Origin: a bacterium UBP2_UBA4780
GTDB taxonomy: Bacteria; Edwardsbacteria; AC1; EtOH8
Direction of reading: 5' to 3'
NCBI GenBank assembly: GCA_002403115.1
Contig: DHHE01000213.1
Location: 835 to 24,580, forward strand
Length of the DNA: 23,746 nt
Below the pieces are notes generated by a model, which was given only the letters and a program-made list of their open reading frames with translations, was not told the origin of the DNA and searched no databases. A program made the translations under genes and the position numbers. This document shows positions 16,449-23,746 of this stretch, piece after piece (within the stretch, counting starts at the first letter, position 1; each line of letters starts with the position of its first letter).

Positions 16449-17336
16449 ATGCTGTTCATACTCTCCCTGATCATCGCCGGGCTGGCCATCTTCTACTGGC
16501 TGGGGGCGAACACCAAGGTCAAGCAGTACAACGAATCCTTCAAGGGCGGCCGGTCGGCGTCGGGGGCGGTGGCCGTGGTCTTCGGGCTGATAGTACTGCT
16601 CCGGTTCTTCACCGTCATACCGGCCGGGCACGTGGGCGTGGTGGACTTCTTCGGACGGGTGTCGCCCACCACTCTCAAGGCCGGCATCAACTTCCGCAAT
16701 CCGCTGGCCAGGATCATCAAGTTCTCCATCAAGACCCAGCAGGTGTACGAGGTGATGGACGTGCCCTCCAAGGAGGGGCTGACGGTCAAGCTGGACGCCA
16801 GCATCCTGTTCCACCTGGACCCGGAAAAGGCGGCCCAGATCTACAAGACGGTCGGAGCCAACTATGTGGAGATCCTGCTGGAGCCCCAGTTCCGGTCGGT
16901 GTGCCGGGGAGTGACCGCGGGCTTCGAGGCCAAGGCCCTCTACACCTCGCAGCGCGAGGAGCTGGCCCACCTGATCACGGTGGACCTGGCCAAGCTGGTG
17001 GCCGAGCGGGGGGTGATCGTGGAGACGGCGCCCCTGCGCAAGATAGAGCTGCCCCGCAAGGTGACCGACGCCATCGAGGACAAGCTCAAGGCCGAGCAGG
17101 AGAGCCAGCGGATGGAGTTCATTTTGACCAAGGAGAAGCAGGAGGCGGAGCGCAAGCGGATCGAGGCCCGGGGCATCTCGGACTTCCAGAACATCGTGGC
17201 CCAGGGCATCTCCCAAAATCTTTTAAGGTGGAAGGGGATCGAGGCCACCGAGAAACTGGCCCAGTCCCAGAACGCCAAGGTGGTCATCATCGGCGCCGGC
17301 CAGGACGGCCTGCCGATAATACTGGACACCAAGTAG
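16449..17336 (+). CDS. SPFH / band-7 (prohibitin/stomatin-like) membrane protein
   Basis: 295 aa. N-terminal TM helix, then an SPFH-domain pattern (VIPAGHVGVVDFFGRV...VDLAKLVAERGVIV...) and a C-terminal coiled-coil (KLKAEQESQRMEFILTKEKQEAERKRIEA). Confidence 0.8.
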   Translation: MLFILSLIIAGLAIFYWLGANTKVKQYNESFKGGRSASGAVAVVFGLIVLLRFFTVIPAGHVGVVDFFGRVSPTTLKAGINFRNPLARIIKFSIKTQQVYEVMDVPSKEGLTVKLDASILFHLDPEKAAQIYKTVGANYVEILLEPQFRSVCRGVTAGFEAKALYTSQREELAHLITVDLAKLVAERGVIVETAPLRKIELPRKVTDAIEDKLKAEQESQRMEFILTKEKQEAERKRIEARGISDFQNIVAQGISQNLLRWKGIEATEKLAQSQNAKVVIIGAGQDGLPIILDTK

Positions 17337-17528
17337 GCTCCTAACGGGCGGCTGATCCAAGCTGATAACGGAAGATCCGCCGAAGACCGGCCGAACCCTT
17401 CGCCGGCTGGAGCCTGATTTACCTGTTGAATACGGATGGTAGTTTTTGGTAACATTACCCTTTGGGCCGGAGGGCGCCAACCCCCGGCCGGCAACCGCAA
17501 ACCATAGAATCTCAAGAAAAGGGCGCTT

Positions 17529-19613
<2,085 letters not shown>

Positions 19614-19670
19614 GCGCGCCTTTCCCGCGGGACAAACAGGAAGATATCGACCGGCGGCACTTGTCCATAA

Positions 19671-19700
19671 AGGCCGCCCTGGGGCGCAGCCCAGGGCGGC
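19671..19700 (+). terminator. Perfect 12-bp hairpin GGCCGCCCTGGG-gcgcag-CCCAGGGCGGCC downstream of hppA. No U-tract.
   Basis: Direct reading of the palindrome, 58 nt after the hppA stop. Confidence 0.35.
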
Positions 19701-19833
19701 CTGCGCTCTAAACCGGACATCGGTTCACGGGGAACGACGCGGGCTTTTCGTTGCATAAAGGCGGTGAATCTGATAAAATAATCAAAGTGAATGATCCCTT
19801 AGCCAGTCTTTCCGCATTAATGATTGGGAGCGC

Positions 19834-20064
19834 ATGATCGACCAAGTGGAGAGAAAAAAGCGCCTGGTACGCTGGTGGATAGGTACCGGATCCAGCGCCA
19901 TCGTGCTTGCCTTCGGGGGATATCTCCTCGTCATGAGGTACCTGCTCGACCACAATCCGCTTCGGGAAAAATACTGGCTGATCACCGGGCTGGTGCTGGG
20001 CTTCGGGGCGCTGCGGCTGGGAGGGCAGCTGCTGAGGAGGAAGTACCTGTTCGATGAGGATTAA
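19834..20064 (+). CDS. Small two-TM membrane protein, 76 aa, hypothetical
   Basis: Two hydrophobic helices (WWIGTGSSAIVLAFGGYLLVM and YWLITGLVLGFGALRLGG) with positive-inside flanks. A weak GGGAG sits 3 nt before the ATG. The overlapping alternate-frame ORF is Arg/Ala-rich junk. Confidence 0.35.
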   Translation: MIDQVERKKRLVRWWIGTGSSAIVLAFGGYLLVMRYLLDHNPLREKYWLITGLVLGFGALRLGGQLLRRKYLFDED

Positions 20065-20086
20065 AAAGCAGGTAAAAGGAGATACT

Positions 20087-20833
20087 ATGAAACTGTCACA
20101 TTCCGTATCACTGGTTTCAATCTTTTTGTTGTTCAGCCCAGCCTCTTTTACCCAGCAAAAAACTCTAAAAAAAGAGGAGCTATACATTGGGGTTAAAGCA
20201 ATAATCGTTCTTGGTGTCGAGGACCTGGTCAACGCTAGCATTGAGGCAAACCGAACGACGAGATTGAAACACATGAATGAAACATACAGCAGAGGTGACG
20301 GCTTTCGTGTCACCGTCTCATCGCAGGCTCAGCTGGCAGATGCCATCAATAACGAATGTCGGCAGTTGGTGAAGAACACAACTTTCACCGATGAAAAGGA
20401 ACGGATCTATGTTATGGCATTTGCCGACAGCATGATACAGGCTTCGCTTGCCGGATTGTCATTCGCCAAGGTGATAACAAAAAAACAATCGGATTCCGTT
20501 AGAACGATAATGCAGGAAGAACGCGCCATCTCAGGGGCCAAGAGAATAGAAGGTGACACAAGGCCACAAGTATCGCCCAAAGAGCTTGTCAAGGAGCTAT
20601 CCGAGAGGCTGCAAGCTGACGGTATCTTGAACTGTTCGTTTCAATACGGCAAGAACAAAAACGGCAAGGACGTTATTTATCTAACGGCAAGGATAGTGGA
20701 TGCCAATGCGCAAATGTTATGGCAAAACATTGTTGAAGTGAATACGATAGTTTTGCGTGATAAACCCAAAGATGTATTCGTGCATAATAAAATACAAAAA
20801 GCCGTTGTGAAGGTGTTCAAGCCCCTGAAATAA
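20087..20833 (+). CDS. Lys-rich secreted or periplasmic protein of unknown function, encoded in a low-GC (about 43%) islet
   Basis: AAAGGAG RBS at 20075-20081, ATG at 20087. Signal peptide MKLSHSVSLVSIFLLFSPASFTQQ. Codon usage (AAA, ATA, TTA) and GC content are far from the window norm. No family recognised by eye. Confidence 0.55.
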   Translation: MKLSHSVSLVSIFLLFSPASFTQQKTLKKEELYIGVKAIIVLGVEDLVNASIEANRTTRLKHMNETYSRGDGFRVTVSSQAQLADAINNECRQLVKNTTFTDEKERIYVMAFADSMIQASLAGLSFAKVITKKQSDSVRTIMQEERAISGAKRIEGDTRPQVSPKELVKELSERLQADGILNCSFQYGKNKNGKDVIYLTARIVDANAQMLWQNIVEVNTIVLRDKPKDVFVHNKIQKAVVKVFKPLK

Positions 20834-20867
20834 ACAATATGTTACAAAGTCAAGTCGGCAATATACA

Positions 20868-21488
20868 GTGGCCTATCCCGTGTTAAAATCTGTCTTTTTG
20901 TTGACATGCGTCGGATTATGTGTTTCTTGTTATCCGGCCAGTTTCAAGGCGGTCGACCAGAAGAACGTCCGCACCCAGCTGCACGTCCCCAAGGACGTGC
21001 CGTTCGCCGCCTTCGACAGCAATCCGAAGGAGGCCGGGTGGTTCGGGCGCGAGGGTCTGCGCATCCACGGGGTCCTGCAGTTCAGCGAGGAGCAGTTTCG
21101 CGTTTATCTAGCCAAGCTCGACGATCCAAAAATCTGGAAGCCGGTAAAATTCCATCACTACTCGCCCAGCATCGCCCAGAGCCATACGGACTCGGCCTTC
21201 AAATGGCTGTCCCTGCCCCTCCACCCCTGGGCCGAGGGATACCTCAGGCACTGGGAGTTTCTGCCGCGGGTCAAGTCGATCGGAAACGGCCGTTACTACT
21301 GCGCGGTGCTGATGGGAGAGATGGGCGAGGGATCGCCGGACGGCAGGGGAGGGCGCCATCCCAAATGGAGCTGGCGCATGAGGCACTGCTCGGAGATCGG
21401 CCCCAAGGAACACCCGGTGATAACCACCTTCGGGGCGCTTGACCTGGACGCAATGAAGTTGTATGTTTATATAGGGTTTTCGGGGTGA
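20868..21488 (+). CDS. Hypothetical secreted protein, Trp/His-rich, 206 aa. Start uncertain (GTG 20868).
   Basis: N-terminal hydrophobic stretch VLKSVFLLTCVGLCVSC resembles a signal peptide. The body has native high GC. No recognisable domain. No convincing RBS. Confidence 0.4.
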   Translation: MAYPVLKSVFLLTCVGLCVSCYPASFKAVDQKNVRTQLHVPKDVPFAAFDSNPKEAGWFGREGLRIHGVLQFSEEQFRVYLAKLDDPKIWKPVKFHHYSPSIAQSHTDSAFKWLSLPLHPWAEGYLRHWEFLPRVKSIGNGRYYCAVLMGEMGEGSPDGRGGRHPKWSWRMRHCSEIGPKEHPVITTFGALDLDAMKLYVYIGFSG

Positions 21489-21608
21489 ACTGGCCGTCTC
21501 GATAATCCCGCCGGTTGTCGAGTTGACCCGCTTTATTGGGTCGTATCGAGACACGGCGGGCACTCGACGGCCGGGGCGACCGGAGATAACAAGAAAGATA
21601 TCCATACC

Positions 21609-22667
21609 ATGCAGCTAGGCATCATCGGCCTGCCCCAGTCCGGCAAGACCACCATCTTCAACGCCCTGACCAAGTCCGCGGCCAAGGTCGGCGACTTCTC
21701 GTCCGGGCCGGCGGTCCACATCGGGGTGGTCAAGGTGCCCGACCCGAGGCTGGACTTCCTCACCGAGATGTACAACCCCAAGAAGAAGGTCCCGGCCACG
21801 ATCACCTACGTCGACATCGGGGGCATGGCCAGGGGCGCCTCGTCCTCGGGCGGGCTGGGGGCCGAGTTCCTGACCCAGATGCACAAGGTGGAGGCGGCCA
21901 TCCTGGTGCTCCGCGACTTCGACAGCGCGGCCGGGCCGGCTTCGCCGGCCGACGACTACCAGACCGTCTTCACCGAGCTGATCCTGTCCGACCTGGCCAT
22001 GATCGAGCGGCGGATCGAAAGGGTGAAGGTCGACCAGAGGAAGAACAAGCGGCCCGATCTGGAGAGGGAGCTGCAGGTGTTGGAGAAATGCCGGCAGCAG
22101 CTGGAGGCCGAGCGTCCGGTGAGGACGCTGGGCCTGGCCGCGGACGAGTCCAGGCGGCTGCGCAGCTTTCAGCTGCTGACCGAAAAACCGCTGATGCTGG
22201 TGCTGAACCACGCCGAGGCGGCCGACTGCCGGCCGCGGACCCGGGAACTGGCGGAGCTCACCGGCGGAGACCCCTTCACCCTTTGCGGGCCGATCGAGAT
22301 GGACATCGCCCAGATGCCGGACGACGAGGCCAAGGGCTTCCTGGAGGAGCTCAAGATAGACGAGCCGGCCCTGTTCCGGATGATCCGGCAGTCGTACCGG
22401 ATGCTGGGCAAGATCTGCTTCTTCACCGTGGGCGAGGACGAGTGCCGGGCCTGGACCATCACCGACGGCACCAAGGCGCCGCAGGCGGCCGGCACCATCC
22501 ATTCCGACATGGAGCGCGGGTTCATAAGGGCCGAGGTGGTGCACTACGGCCACCTGGCGGCGGCCGGTTCCTTCGCCAAAGCCCGGGAGCAGGGCCACGT
22601 CCGCTTGGAGGGCAAGGAATACGAGGTGAAGGACGGGGACGTCATCAACGTCAAGTTCAACGTCTGA
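21609..22667 (+). CDS. ychF: Obg-family ribosome-associated ATPase YchF (Ola1-like)
   Basis: 352 aa. Walker A GLPQSGKTTIFNALT. ...VPDPRLDFLTEM...TYVDIGGMARGAS..GLG.EFL matches the YchF G-domain. C-terminal TGS-like domain (EVVHYGHL...). Confidence 0.85.
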   Translation: MQLGIIGLPQSGKTTIFNALTKSAAKVGDFSSGPAVHIGVVKVPDPRLDFLTEMYNPKKKVPATITYVDIGGMARGASSSGGLGAEFLTQMHKVEAAILVLRDFDSAAGPASPADDYQTVFTELILSDLAMIERRIERVKVDQRKNKRPDLERELQVLEKCRQQLEAERPVRTLGLAADESRRLRSFQLLTEKPLMLVLNHAEAADCRPRTRELAELTGGDPFTLCGPIEMDIAQMPDDEAKGFLEELKIDEPALFRMIRQSYRMLGKICFFTVGEDECRAWTITDGTKAPQAAGTIHSDMERGFIRAEVVHYGHLAAAGSFAKAREQGHVRLEGKEYEVKDGDVINVKFNV

Positions 22668-22766
22668 GCCTACCTTCGTCATCCTGAGCGCGGCTTCCCT
22701 GTTTGGCTTCCGAAGGATCCGAACATGAAACATTGAAACCCGATCGTCAAGCGAGAGATCATTGCC

Positions 22767-23744
22767 ATGGACATCACCTGGAAACAACAGCATTTCAACA
22801 ACAGCTGCGCCTGCGCCTGCCTGGCCATGCTGCTCTCGAGATACGGAATAGACAAGCAGGATGACGACGTCAGCACCGAGTCCAAGATGCCCTACCGGGT
22901 GCGCTTCGAGCCAGGGGACGGGGGTTTTTTCGTGGCCGGGATCATGGACCAGTCGCCTGAGGTCTTCAACAGCATGCTGCAGAAGCACCGTTTGATGATG
23001 GCCAGGCCGGCGCTGAAGGACCGGCTCGAATTCCTGAAGGCGGCCGACGGCCTCCTGTCGCAAGAGTTGCCGTTCATAACCACCGTCCCCACCCACATCC
23101 TGCCCACCCCGGGCTACGACCAGGTGCGCCAGCGCGGCGAGACTGGGCGAAACCACGCGGTAGTAATCTACGCCACCGACGGCCGTGATTTCAGCCTGCT
23201 GGACCCCTCAGGCGGCTTGGACCGAACTAAAACCCAGGTGTTCGGGATGATACGGGCTCAGGTCGATCTCCGCGTTGGCCGCGAAACTCTATGCAACGAG
23301 CTGGAGGCCAGGAAGAGGCCCTTCCTGGCGGATAGCCTGACCAAATGGGACGGCAAGCAGGCCATGGCCATCCTCGACCTTCTCAACCAGACCAGGGCGG
23401 CGCTGGACGCCCTGGTCCAGACGGCCGAGAGGTTCGGGGCCGAGATGCAGAAGAGCCCGCCCGACCGGCACGAGGACATGCTCTACGACTACCTGGGGCG
23501 CTGCTTCAAGCCCATCGCCCTCGACTGGCGGACGGCCATCGAGGCCCAGAAGGGCCGGGCCAAGGCCCAGTTCGACCTGATCGAGCAGTTGTACGGCCTG
23601 CAGGACCTGATCGTTAAGCAGCAGAAAGAGCTGGACGGAAAGCCGGGCATCGGACCCGAGTTCTGCGCCGAGCTTTCGAAATCGGCCCTGCGCATCCAGC
23701 AGGCGGCCCAGGCCCATCTGAGCACGGCCTACTCGATAAGGTGA
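22767..23744 (+). CDS. Stand-alone peptidase-C39-like (papain-fold; BtrH_N-like) domain protein with a ~200-aa C-terminal helical domain
   Basis: QQHFNNSCACACLAMLLSRYG aligns with the C39 block QxxxxDCGxAALSMILKYYG (oxyanion Gln and catalytic Cys). NHAVVIYATDG supplies the His block. LLDPSGG supplies the Asp. Complete ORF, TGA at 23742-23744. Confidence 0.55.
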   Translation: MDITWKQQHFNNSCACACLAMLLSRYGIDKQDDDVSTESKMPYRVRFEPGDGGFFVAGIMDQSPEVFNSMLQKHRLMMARPALKDRLEFLKAADGLLSQELPFITTVPTHILPTPGYDQVRQRGETGRNHAVVIYATDGRDFSLLDPSGGLDRTKTQVFGMIRAQVDLRVGRETLCNELEARKRPFLADSLTKWDGKQAMAILDLLNQTRAALDALVQTAERFGAEMQKSPPDRHEDMLYDYLGRCFKPIALDWRTAIEAQKGRAKAQFDLIEQLYGLQDLIVKQQKELDGKPGIGPEFCAELSKSALRIQQAAQAHLSTAYSIR

Positions 23745-23746
23745 AA

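Noticed and set aside
19824-20057. Alternate-frame 77-aa ORF overlapping the small 2-TM protein gene
   Set aside because: Arg/Ala/Gly-rich low-complexity translation. The hydrophobic 2-TM frame (19834-20064) is the more protein-like reading.
20054-20940. Low-GC islet as a complete mobile element or prophage remnant
   Set aside because: No integrase, transposase, tRNA attachment site or flanking direct or inverted repeats could be found in the window. Only the compositional anomaly is reported.
20906-21442. Alternate-frame 178-aa ORF inside the 20868-21488 gene
   Set aside because: Arg-rich low-complexity translation (…RPEERPHPAARPQGRAVRRLRQ…). The other frame gives a signal-peptide-bearing protein.

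Overview
High-GC (roughly 65%) bacterial chromosomal segment. Every credible gene is on the + strand. The long minus-strand and alternate-frame ORFs in the track are GC-driven shadow ORFs.

Gene content in order:
- Translation and lipid core: mnmA (3' part), rplM-rpsI, then rpsB-tsf-pyrH-frr. S2 carries an unusual ~100-aa Arg/Gly/Pro-rich tail.
- A 55-aa 2x[4Fe-4S] ferredoxin absent from the ORF track, followed by uppS-cdsA-nadB. cdsA and nadB overlap by 4 bp.
- A tightly coupled operon of a PtsN-like PTS EIIA(Ntr) protein, trkH, trkA and a small TPR protein. It is driven by a perfect TTGACA-17-TATAAT promoter and a structured leader with no Shine-Dalgarno.
- An EamA/DMT transporter.
- A pyrR-pyrB-pyrC operon behind a second perfect consensus promoter and a recognisable PyrR-binding attenuator with an intrinsic terminator.
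- A ~93-nt inverted-repeat element after pyrC.
- An SPFH/prohibitin-like protein and a membrane H+/Na+-pyrophosphatase.
- A ~0.9-kb low-GC (about 43%) islet encoding a Lys-rich secreted protein, then a second secreted hypothetical.
- ychF, and a stand-alone peptidase-C39-like (papain-fold) protein.

No rRNA, tRNA, CRISPR array or transposase was recognised.

The most notable candidate system is the EIIA(Ntr)-TrkH-TrkA-TPR operon. The low-GC secreted-protein islet, the C39-like protein and several intergenic RNA structures also merit a look. All family assignments come from reading the translated ORFs; no database search was possible.
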